Assembly (NCBI GenBank): GCA_040752695.1
Contig: JBFMGO010000036.1
Location: 1-45,554 of the forward strand
From: a bacterium
GTDB taxonomy: Bacteria > SZUA-182 > DTGQ01
Direction of reading: 5' to 3'
DNA length: 45,554 nucleotides
The number at the start of each line of letters is the position of its first letter. Position 1 is the first letter of the stretch. The position numbers and the translations under genes are program-made. A model generated the notes under the pieces. That model made no database searches, was not told where the DNA came from, and saw only the letters and a program-made list of their open reading frames with translations. Below are positions 27,305 through 35,640 of this stretch, in pieces.

Positions 27305-28579
27305 TTATTCAGCTAACCGCCAGTAACGAAAACCGCCACCGCCCTTCCATCCTACGGCCTCGGAAATACCGCTCTGGTCGGTCCCGTCGATGACCTTCCG
27401 AAGGCGCGGGATGATGTGCGTATGGCAGTGCTGGCCGAGTTCACACATGATCCAGCGACGACCCATCTTCTGGGCAACAGCGCCTGTGGTGCCGCTGCCC
27501 GCAAAGGCATCCAGGACCCAGTCCCCTTGTGTGGTCGAGATCTCCAGGATACGGCGGATAAGCTGTTCTGGCTTTTTCCCTCGCTGGAAGCCGATGCCAC
27601 CCTCATTGGCCAGGTCAGCTTTGGGGATATCGGCATGAACCCAGATATCGGTGAGTTTATTTGCCTTGAGTATCCGGTTTTCCTTTAAGACAGCGCTCTC
27701 TCTCAACCAGGCGAACAGTTCGGCATTATAGTAGTACAAAGTTATGCGCTTATCCTTGTATTTTCCCCGACTGGGTACATAGTCCACGGTGTAGAGGGAT
27801 TTTGGACTCATACCGGAAATAAGCTCATTCTGGAAGACATTTTCCTTTTGAGGATTGGTAGTGCGAAAGAGTTTATCGAAATGTCGGATGAATTCTGCCT
27901 GAATCTCCTCTTTTCGCACTCGGTAATTCCGAAGAGATACGGTCTGTATGGAAAAGTCCGTATGCAGGTAAACCCTGACCGGAAGGCCATTCGATTTAGA
28001 TTTAAACTCCCGGGCGAGCCTTTTTTCCCCCTCGGAAACGAGGACCTTATTGTATCTTCTCATCACCTTATAATCCAGGGGAGTATATGCCTGTATATCG
28101 CCCCCTAGCCAGAGCGTGCCCTTTTTATAGAGCAGGATATATTCGGCTGTATTGACCAGGAACCCTCCCTGCCCAAGCCCGGCGCTCCCTGATCGCTCGT
28201 AGGTAACGTGGGCAACGAAATTCCTGCGGCCAAAGACCTCGTCCATCAGGACCTTGCAGTAATGAACTTCAGTGCTGTCAAGATGGACCCATAAGAGCCC
28301 TGTTTCTGCCAGCAAGCCGTGGAGTACCAAAAGCCGGTCCCGCATCATGCTGAGCCAAAGAGAATGCTCCAGTTCGTCATCATAGTGGCCAAGACTTTGT
28401 CCGGTATTAAAGGGCGGATCGATATAAATGCACTTGATTTTTCCTGCAAAGTCCTGCTCCAATGCCCTGAGACAGGTGAGATTTTCTCCGAAGATGAGCA
28501 TATTCCCGTCACCCGGATCGCCGTAGGATAGGGCGGGATCTTCGATGAAGGATAGGCTTTTTTGGCCGCTGCTGTTCAT
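27305..28579 (-). CDS. Adenine-specific DNA methyltransferase (beta class, type III Mod-like)
   Basis: IYIDPPFNTG motif IV precedes KPEQLI..VLDAFAGSGTT motif I; ends WKGGGGFRY. Confidence 0.9.
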   Translation of the reverse strand: MNSSGQKSLSFIEDPALSYGDPGDGNMLIFGENLTCLRALEQDFAGKIKCIYIDPPFNTGQSLGHYDDELEHSLWLSMMRDRLLVLHGLLAETGLLWVHLDSTEVHYCKVLMDEVFGRRNFVAHVTYERSGSAGLGQGGFLVNTAEYILLYKKGTLWLGGDIQAYTPLDYKVMRRYNKVLVSEGEKRLAREFKSKSNGLPVRVYLHTDFSIQTVSLRNYRVRKEEIQAEFIRHFDKLFRTTNPQKENVFQNELISGMSPKSLYTVDYVPSRGKYKDKRITLYYYNAELFAWLRESAVLKENRILKANKLTDIWVHADIPKADLANEGGIGFQRGKKPEQLIRRILEISTTQGDWVLDAFAGSGTTGAVAQKMGRRWIMCELGQHCHTHIIPRLRKVIDGTDQSGISEAVGWKGGGGFRYWRLAE

Positions 28580-28649
28580 TTTTCCCTGTCCTTGGGATGA
28601 GTTCGGGTTTGCCTTGGCTGGCCAATGTCTCTACATTCTTTAATATGGT

Positions 28650-28792
28650 CGCTCATATATAGTAGACATCACAACTGTTCTTTGTCATTCCCGCGAAGGC
28701 GGGAATCCAGTATACCAGGGTTTCTGGATTCCCGCCTTCGCGGGAATGACGGAATTTGAATCCTTTGGTTTGTTGTCTTATACATAAGAGCG
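28650..28792. mobile_element. 143-bp MITE, IS1595-family (ISH4-like ends), carrying a dRS3-like REP
   Basis: Imperfect TIRs CGCTCATATATAGTAGACA...TGTCTTATACATAAGAGCG; perfect 8-bp duplication AATATGGT at 28642-28649 and 28793-28800. Confidence 0.75.
28684..28750. repeat. dRS3-like REP doublet
   Basis: GTCATTCCCGCGAAGGCGGGAATCCAG...CTGGATTCCCGCCTTCGCGGGAATGAC perfect inverted pair. Confidence 0.85.
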
Positions 28793-28946
28793 AATATGGT
28801 TTTGTAACTCTTTGAGTAATCCTCGACAAGCGGCCTCATCTATCCTGGTGGGCTATCAACAAAAAGGGCTTGGGTAAAGGCCAGGAGGCTGAAAAAGCCC
28901 TGCCGCCCTTATCCTCAAGCCCTTAATAACTACATACACCGTGGAG

Positions 28947-29453
28947 CTATTGTGTAAAATTGCAAACCATGCATCTGTACCCGTCTTCAAACAGGACTTC
29001 CATTTTTTGAGGGGTAATTAAATGGGTTACAATTCCCATACCGAATCTGTTGTGGTTGATTACATCCTCAAGCTCATATGAGTCTGCCATGGTATAGGGC
29101 TTGGCGGAAGACAGATCCTTCTTGGCCAGGGTTTCTCTCCAGAGTTCTTTCTCTTTTTCCTGCATGCGCTTCAACTTGGCCCGTTTCTTTTCCTGTTCTT
29201 TTTCCTGTTTGGAAACGGCCGAAGTTCCTGCTGAGGCTGCCCTGACCCGGCTGCCCGGCTCGCTGGCCCGATAAACATGCTGGCTGTGGCAGGTAAGGCA
29301 CTCCACCTTTTTGGGCCGCGTTCCTACCATGGCTGCTACCACATGATTTAAGATCAACCGGCACTTAGTGCAATAAGCATCGATTTCTGTACCAACCATA
29401 ATTTCCTTTTTTATCGTGGTCTCCCCCTTCCTTTGATAGTTAAGGTAGATCAT
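28947..29453 (-). CDS. Zinc-ribbon protein with C-terminal Tudor/SH3-like domain
   Basis: CTKC..H..CLTC..H; C-terminal DVINHNRFGMGIV..KMEVLFEDG; start could be 29399. Confidence 0.65.
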   Translation of the reverse strand: MIYLNYQRKGETTIKKEIMVGTEIDAYCTKCRLILNHVVAAMVGTRPKKVECLTCHSQHVYRASEPGSRVRAASAGTSAVSKQEKEQEKKRAKLKRMQEKEKELWRETLAKKDLSSAKPYTMADSYELEDVINHNRFGMGIVTHLITPQKMEVLFEDGYRCMVCNFTQ

Positions 29454-29543
29454 TCATCAGCTTTTGTGAAGTCTTATTATATCAAAGATCAGGAAAAATT
29501 TGAATATGGATTGAAAAATTTTTCCATAATCCTTGTTTTGTCT

Positions 29544-30515
29544 TCACGGCAGTGGATTTGCCAACTGCTGGTGAATCGCTTTTGATATCTGCTCCAAGAT
29601 TAAGGTAAAATTTCCCTTTATTTTGGCTCCGGCAGCATTACGATGTCCGCCTCCTCCAAAATGTTCCGCAATCGCGGCTACGTTAACCTTCTTCCTGGAC
29701 CGAAAGCTGACTTTGAAAAAACCTTCCGACATCTCCTTGAACAGCAGGGATACCTCAACCGAAGCAATCGTAAGGGGATAGTTAACGATTCCTTCAGCAT
29801 CGGCAAATGTCGCTCCATGCCTTTCAAAGGCTTCTCCCTTCAAAAGGATCGTGGCAATTTTCTGGTCCTCACTCATAGTTAAATTCGAGAGTGCGGCCCC
29901 CAGGATAAGAAGCTGTCCCGGCTTCTTCCTGCCATAAATCTGGCTTGAAATCTGGGACGGCTGCACCCCCGCTTCCACCAGGGCGGCTGCTATCCGCAAG
30001 CATCGCGGGGAAGTGCTGTTATAGGTGAAACATCCGGTATCGGTCAAGATACCGGTATAGAGGTTACTTCCGATAGATGTATCCGGAGGAATGGACAGAG
30101 CATCCGCCAAAAGATAAACCATTTCAGCCGTTGAAGACATACCTGCATCCACCCAGTTCAATTCACAAAACCGGTCATTATTGAGGTGATGGTCAATATT
30201 GAGGCATGGGACCGTATCGGGGATCGTCAGCCCTGTTCTCTCGGTGGATCCGCAATCGAGATAAATACCTGCCTCAAACTCTTCGAGCTTTCTGTTTGGG
30301 CTGGTCCTGATTTTTTCCGCTCCGGGAAGGAAATCGTATATCTCAGGCACGGGATCTTTGTTCAAGATCAGAGCATCCTTTTTCATAGCTTGCAGAACAA
30401 AAGCCATGGCGATCTGTGAACCGATTGAATCCCCGTCACCCGCCTCGTGTGATGTAATCACGAAAGAACGATATTTTCTGATCCATCCTGCTACTTCGTT
30501 AATGATAGCGGTCAT
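29544..30515 (-). CDS. nrnA: Bifunctional oligoribonuclease/PAP phosphatase (DHH/DHHA1)
   Basis: SHE.GDGDSIGS, NIDHH, GILTDTG.F, SFRS, GGGGH..AAG; follows rbfA. Confidence 0.92.
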   Translation of the reverse strand: MTAIINEVAGWIRKYRSFVITSHEAGDGDSIGSQIAMAFVLQAMKKDALILNKDPVPEIYDFLPGAEKIRTSPNRKLEEFEAGIYLDCGSTERTGLTIPDTVPCLNIDHHLNNDRFCELNWVDAGMSSTAEMVYLLADALSIPPDTSIGSNLYTGILTDTGCFTYNSTSPRCLRIAAALVEAGVQPSQISSQIYGRKKPGQLLILGAALSNLTMSEDQKIATILLKGEAFERHGATFADAEGIVNYPLTIASVEVSLLFKEMSEGFFKVSFRSRKKVNVAAIAEHFGGGGHRNAAGAKIKGNFTLILEQISKAIHQQLANPLP

Positions 30516-30517
30516 TT

Positions 30518-30886
30518 TTACTCTTCATTCTTCAGCTTTTCCTCATTTTTTATTTCTCCCAGTAACTCGTAGATATGCATTCCCCGCTCAAATGATTCAT
30601 CGATCTTGAAGGCAATTTCCGGCGTATAGCGCAAGCGGAGTTTTCTGCCCAGATTTCTCTGAATAAACCGCTGGGCGCTTCTCAGCCCCTCGAAGGCTTC
30701 CTCTTTTTTCTCTTCAGATCCAAGTGCGCTGAAGAAAACCTTGGCATGTTTAAAGTCCTCGCTCACCTCCACCCGCGTAATGCTTACGAACTGGATCCTC
30801 GGGTCGTTGGTCTCCTCAAGGAGAATGGAAGAGATTATCTCTCGGATAAGTTGTCCAACTCTGTCTGTGCGTTTATACTCAAGCAT
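30518..30886 (-). CDS. rbfA: 30S ribosome-binding factor A
   Basis: R..RV..LI...IS, DPR..FVSITRVEVS.D..HAKVF, LRYTPEI.F..D.S. Confidence 0.95.
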   Translation of the reverse strand: MLEYKRTDRVGQLIREIISSILLEETNDPRIQFVSITRVEVSEDFKHAKVFFSALGSEEKKEEAFEGLRSAQRFIQRNLGRKLRLRYTPEIAFKIDESFERGMHIYELLGEIKNEEKLKNEE

Positions 30887-31053
30887 TCTCTCTCCTCCTC
30901 TTTCTGGTGTGTACTTCCTTACCCTCGACGGTGTATATTCACCTCGGAGCGGATAGTGACCGGCCTCAAAACACGAAAGATCCGGCCTTCATGTGCCCTG
31001 ACTCCCCGCTTTCCAGGAATTTCCATGATATGTATAAATGGGTAAATGAACAC

Positions 31054-31338
31054 TCACCAGACTTCTATTTCATAATGTCCAACAATGGCCAGATCCGTAT
31101 GTTCCACGAATGAAACTACCTTAGCTAAGGTTATATCTACTTGTTTTCTATCATTACTGAGAGTGACAATTCCCAGGATTGACCGCTGCCATAAATCCTG
31201 GAACTCGATTTCTGCAATAGCCACATTGAACCTGTTTCTCACCTGATCCTTCAGGCTTTTGATAACCTTTCTCTTTGCCTTGAGGGAGTTGGATTCAGGG
31301 ATATAGAGCTCTATTCTGCATGTAGCAACAACCATCAT
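31054..31338 (-). CDS. DUF503 (YlxP-like) protein
   Basis: IPESNSLKAKRKVIKSLKD..RNRFNVAIAEI..QDLWQRS.LG; upstream of rbfA. Confidence 0.9.
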   Translation of the reverse strand: MMVVATCRIELYIPESNSLKAKRKVIKSLKDQVRNRFNVAIAEIEFQDLWQRSILGIVTLSNDRKQVDITLAKVVSFVEHTDLAIVGHYEIEVW

Positions 31339-31816
31339 ACCTGTCAGCTTATAGAGAAGGGAGCACGCTTCCTGCCTCTCTCTCCTCACTCTCTCCTGTC
31401 CGTTACAATCTGCGATCCATAGTATCGATGAGATACCAGAAGCATCTGCTCATATTATATTATAGCACAAAATTTACGCTTAATGGATATCTAAACAACA
31501 TAACTTTCAATATAATCTCAAGGGGAAATTCCCTTACGGCAGAGCCTGCAATGCATGTTCGAAAAGTCCGCCAAGGCTTCTTTTTTTTCCCTTTCCAGAA
31601 GGATTGAATGTTACGGTTACAGACAAAATCGTCAAAAACCGAATGTCATATAGGAGCACAAAAAAGAAGTGAGCAAAAGAGAATAGAGTGCAGCAGCTAT
31701 GGACAAGAAGTGCAATTGATTCCAGATTGTTGATATGTTATCATAGTAATGAAAAAAAGGAAAATAAATTCTATCGGAATCTCGCTGAGGAGATCGATAG
31801 CGTGGTGATAAGGCGC

Positions 31817-33580
31817 ATGAGAGACGAAAAAGTTCCAACTAAGAAAGAGTTAGAAAAAGAGTTAAATGATTTTTTGCAGAAGAAATACGGGGGGCGCGTT
31901 CTCGGAGTCCCAATTTTTCCCAGAGAAACAGGCCAGGAGGAAACCGGCGACTACCAGCCATCATCAAATCACCGGCCACCTGACAGGAATATCAATTTTG
32001 ATCTTCGCCCTCGGGAACTTAAGGAATTCCTTGACCAATACGTTATCAAGCAGGACGATGCCAAAGAAGTCCTGGCCACAAAGGTGTGCACCCACTACCA
32101 CCGGATTCAGTTACTGCGGAGCGGGGAGCGGTTTCACCAGTTCCAGGACGTGGGAAACATAAAGAATAATATCATCATGCTTGGCTCTACTGGAGTCGGC
32201 AAGACCTATCTGGTCAAGCTGATCGCCAATAAGCTCGGGGTTCCTTTCGTCAAGGGGGATGCCACCAAATTCAGTGAGACGGGATATGTGGGCGGCGATG
32301 TAGAGGACCTGGTCCGTAACCTCGTTCGCGAGGCCAACGGCGATATCCAGTGGGCTCAATATGGAATCATCTATATAGACGAGATTGATAAAATCGCCTC
32401 TCGCGGTACCCATTACGGCCTGGATGTTTCAAGAACTGGTGTTCAGAGGGCCCTGCTGAAACCCCTGGAAGAGACGGAAGTCAGCCTAAGGGTGCCCCAT
32501 GACCCCCTGTCTCAGTTGCAGGCACTGGAAAACTACCGCAAGACGGGCAAGAGCGAAGCCCAGACCATCAACACCAAGTACATCCTCTTCATCGTCAGCG
32601 GCGCCTTCAACGGGCTGGAGGAGATTATCCAGAAGCGGCTGCACAAAAAACAAATCGGCTTTGGTGCCCCGCCTCCGCCTAAGGATAAAGAGCGTACTTC
32701 CATACTGAAGAAGGTCAAGGCGGAAGACTTTATCGAGTACGGATTCGAGTCGGAGTTCATCGGCCGGTTACCCATCGTGACTATTCTGGAGGATCTTGAA
32801 GAAGATGATCTTTTTCAGATCCTTAAAAATAAAAATTGCTCGATCACCGTTAATAAAAAGTTTGACTTCAAGTCTTATGGCATTGACATTCAGTTCGAAA
32901 GTGAAGCCCTGAGAGAGATAGCCAGACAGGCTTTTGAGGAAAAAACCGGGGCCAGAGGGCTGGTCAGCGTCATGGAGAGATCGCTTATCAAATTCGAGCA
33001 GTTGCTGCCCTCCAGCAACATCGATAAATTCGTAGTCACTCCGGAAATCATCCAAAACCCGCAGGCCGAGCTCGACAAGCTGGTGAAAGACCCCTCCAGC
33101 GTGGACCTGATGGATCGCTACGAATGCCTCCTGCGGGAGGAGAAAAACGCCATCCGCCAATCGATCATTAAACGAAGAGTGGAACTGCAGGGGGTCTATC
33201 ACGAACTTCTGGACAACGAAACCATCGACATGATCGTCGATAATGTCGTGACCAGAGGATACACCATCGATCAGATCCTTGAAAAAATCAACAAGGTCCA
33301 CCGTGCTCTCAAAGGTTACGAGAGAGAATTCTTTCTCAGATGGGGCATCGAAATTACCCTGGATCAGAGCGCCATTAACTATGTCACCAGCGAGGTCCTG
33401 CGCAGAGAGGTTTCTCCCCAGTTCCTGTGCGAACAGATCTTTCGAAACTACGAGCATGGACTCCGGCTGGTGGAAGAGAAAACAGGACAAAAGAGGTTTC
33501 TTCTCGACAAGGAAGCGATCCTGGACAGTGAAAAGTTTTTGAATCACCTGATTCAAGAATCCTTCCGGCAGGGTTCCTGA
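31817..33580 (+). CDS. ClpX-like AAA+ ATPase without zinc-binding domain, with C-terminal extension
   Basis: GSTGVGKT, DATKFSETGYVGGDVE, IYIDEIDKI, DVS..GVQRALLK, IGF loop, EFIGRLP, TGARGL. Confidence 0.85.
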   Translation: MRDEKVPTKKELEKELNDFLQKKYGGRVLGVPIFPRETGQEETGDYQPSSNHRPPDRNINFDLRPRELKEFLDQYVIKQDDAKEVLATKVCTHYHRIQLLRSGERFHQFQDVGNIKNNIIMLGSTGVGKTYLVKLIANKLGVPFVKGDATKFSETGYVGGDVEDLVRNLVREANGDIQWAQYGIIYIDEIDKIASRGTHYGLDVSRTGVQRALLKPLEETEVSLRVPHDPLSQLQALENYRKTGKSEAQTINTKYILFIVSGAFNGLEEIIQKRLHKKQIGFGAPPPPKDKERTSILKKVKAEDFIEYGFESEFIGRLPIVTILEDLEEDDLFQILKNKNCSITVNKKFDFKSYGIDIQFESEALREIARQAFEEKTGARGLVSVMERSLIKFEQLLPSSNIDKFVVTPEIIQNPQAELDKLVKDPSSVDLMDRYECLLREEKNAIRQSIIKRRVELQGVYHELLDNETIDMIVDNVVTRGYTIDQILEKINKVHRALKGYEREFFLRWGIEITLDQSAINYVTSEVLRREVSPQFLCEQIFRNYEHGLRLVEEKTGQKRFLLDKEAILDSEKFLNHLIQESFRQGS

Positions 33581-33646
33581 GTTCTCCAGGGAAAGTCACC
33601 TCAAGGGGGGCTTTCATGTGTGGCGGGTTTTTCTTCGGGACTCAAC

Positions 33647-33728
33647 GCTCATGTTCTGGTTTTCGTGAAAGTATTTGACCATGCCCCCCTGCAAGGCATC
33701 GACCCTTGCTGAAAACCAGAACATGAGC
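33647..33728. mobile_element. 82-bp MITE-like element with 18-bp perfect terminal inverted repeats
   Basis: GCTCATGTTCTGGTTTTC...GAAAACCAGAACATGAGC; no clear target duplication. Confidence 0.55.
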
Positions 33729-33995
33729 AAGGGAATTCAGGCCATGCACATAGCCTGTACATGGCCTAACCTGAATTCAAGGGGCCTTGGGATGGACCTC
33801 CCCCTTGTTATCCTTCAACGTTATTAAATCCGGTCCCATGAAACCTTATCTTATGATCATTAATCCGCGTGGAAAGATCGCTCAAGGCTGCTTCCAGATC
33901 AATCCCCATTTCCTCCGCGCGGGCCCGTAATCCTTCGGGAGCACTCTCGGCCAAAGCCGCCGCATCATCATCAATCGATGGATTTTGGGATAGCC

Positions 33996-35390
33996 TTAAA
34001 ATACCGCTAACTCCAAGGCCAGGATGCCAAGACAGGCTATCAGGGTCAATGGTGTGATTATCAGGCCATAGCGCATGAACTCTTTGAAAGAAATGCGAAA
34101 ATCTTTGGTATGCAAAATGCTCATCCACATGATTCCAGCCAGGGCTCCAATGGGGGTCAGGTTGGCACCCAGGTTTGAGCCTGCTGCCGTAGCCAGGGCA
34201 GCGGCAAGGAGATTTTTCCCTGAAAGTCCGCGAATAATCGACACAAAAGCGACACTCATGGGGATATTATTCAGAAAATTAGCCGAAAGGGCTGAAGACA
34301 CACCGTAAACAAGCCCATAGGCAGCACTTGAGGTGCCGCAGATGCTTTTGAAGAAGAGCCCAACCTCACTGGTTATTCCGTAAAGATGCAGGGCCTCCAC
34401 GGTGATGAACAAAGAAAGCACAAAAGGAACAACCGTCCAGGGCATTCTTCGGAGGGTGGAGCCGACCGCTGATCCGCCTTTATTACCTGCCGCCCTCATG
34501 TCTTTGCGGAGCCAGGCCACTGACGAATCCCGCAGGATAAGAACTGCGAGCAGAGCAAGGGCAAAGGCGAGCGAAATAACCCACATGGCAACACCCAATC
34601 GAGGTGCAACTGCCAGAGCGAAAATGCATCCCCCAAGCAGCAGGAGACCAAGGAGCGCGCCGGTCTTATCGGTCAGTGCTTCGAGAGGATCCATCGTTTG
34701 ACTGACCGGGACGATCGGCCTGGAAACGCTTTTTCTGAAAAGAGCGAAGAGCCCAAACATATTGATCGCTCCCGCGGCCAGCGTCGGAAAAACCATCCAC
34801 TTGAAATACCTGTCGAAGGGCAGGCCAAAAGCCGCTGCCAGCAGGATATTGGTCGGATTGCCGATGTACAGCATCATACTCCAGGTGTTGGCAGCGAAAA
34901 ATTCGGCAATCAGGTATGGCTTCGGGTCTATTCGGGCACTCGTGGCAAAGTAATAGATAAATGGAGTAAAGGTAAGGATAATAATATCATTTGATGTGAA
35001 TACCGTGAGCAGTGAAACCACAACGTACAGTGAAAAGAAGAGCCGTTTGCCATCCGCTCCGGCCCACTTGAGGGCGATGCGGGCGCAGCATTCGAAAAAG
35101 CCGGTTATGTCAAGGAATATGCTCATGAAAACCATGGACAGGAATAGGATTAATATCCCGCACGGGTTCAGACCATGTCCCCCCTTTAATCCATTGACCA
35201 CCTGATGATAATCCAATACACCGAAAGTCGTGATGAGAAGGGGGCCGAGGAGTGCACCGAGGAAATAACTTTCAATCTTCAGATTCCGCCTGCCCAGCCT
35301 CAGATAGAGATAGGGCCTCCTGAGAATGAGGTAAATGGTAAGCAGGCAGGTAATGATAAATATGCCGTGAACAGCGACCTTTCCCGTCAT
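33996..35390 (-). CDS. ArsB/NhaD-family ion transporter
   Basis: Multi-TM; TSNDIIILTFTP, AANTWSM..IGNPTN, NNIPM, GSNLGANLTPIGALAGIMW. Confidence 0.85.
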   Translation of the reverse strand: MTGKVAVHGIFIITCLLTIYLILRRPYLYLRLGRRNLKIESYFLGALLGPLLITTFGVLDYHQVVNGLKGGHGLNPCGILILFLSMVFMSIFLDITGFFECCARIALKWAGADGKRLFFSLYVVVSLLTVFTSNDIIILTFTPFIYYFATSARIDPKPYLIAEFFAANTWSMMLYIGNPTNILLAAAFGLPFDRYFKWMVFPTLAAGAINMFGLFALFRKSVSRPIVPVSQTMDPLEALTDKTGALLGLLLLGGCIFALAVAPRLGVAMWVISLAFALALLAVLILRDSSVAWLRKDMRAAGNKGGSAVGSTLRRMPWTVVPFVLSLFITVEALHLYGITSEVGLFFKSICGTSSAAYGLVYGVSSALSANFLNNIPMSVAFVSIIRGLSGKNLLAAALATAAGSNLGANLTPIGALAGIMWMSILHTKDFRISFKEFMRYGLIITPLTLIACLGILALELAVF

Positions 35391-35426
35391 GTGAGTCCAT
35401 CCTGATTTTTTTTAAGCAGATTACGC

Positions 35427-35456
35427 ACTATAGCCTGATGATATCCCGGTTGTCAA
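35427..35456 (-). promoter_or_regulatory. Sigma70-like promoter of the transporter
   Basis: TTGACA-N18-TATAGT, ending 36 bp upstream of the start codon. Confidence 0.5.
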
Positions 35457-35640
35457 GCTTCATTCTGATACCCTTCCCCTGTTTTCAACCATAGCCTAAC
35501 CATTCACGCAGCCAGCCTTGTGATTGAAATTACTCCGCAAAATTGAAAAAAAATTCATCAATAAATTATTATTATTTGAAATAAATACCTTGATATGCTA
35601 AATTGTTATTAATCCATGAAAATAAGAAGGAGATAAAAAG

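Noticed and set aside
32768..33556. 262-aa minus-strand ORF
   Set aside because: Antisense to the ClpX-like gene; no motifs.
33808..34128. 106-aa ORF overlapping the transporter 3' end
   Set aside because: Overlaps a real gene out of frame; the tail looks protein-like but has no start or identifiable homology.
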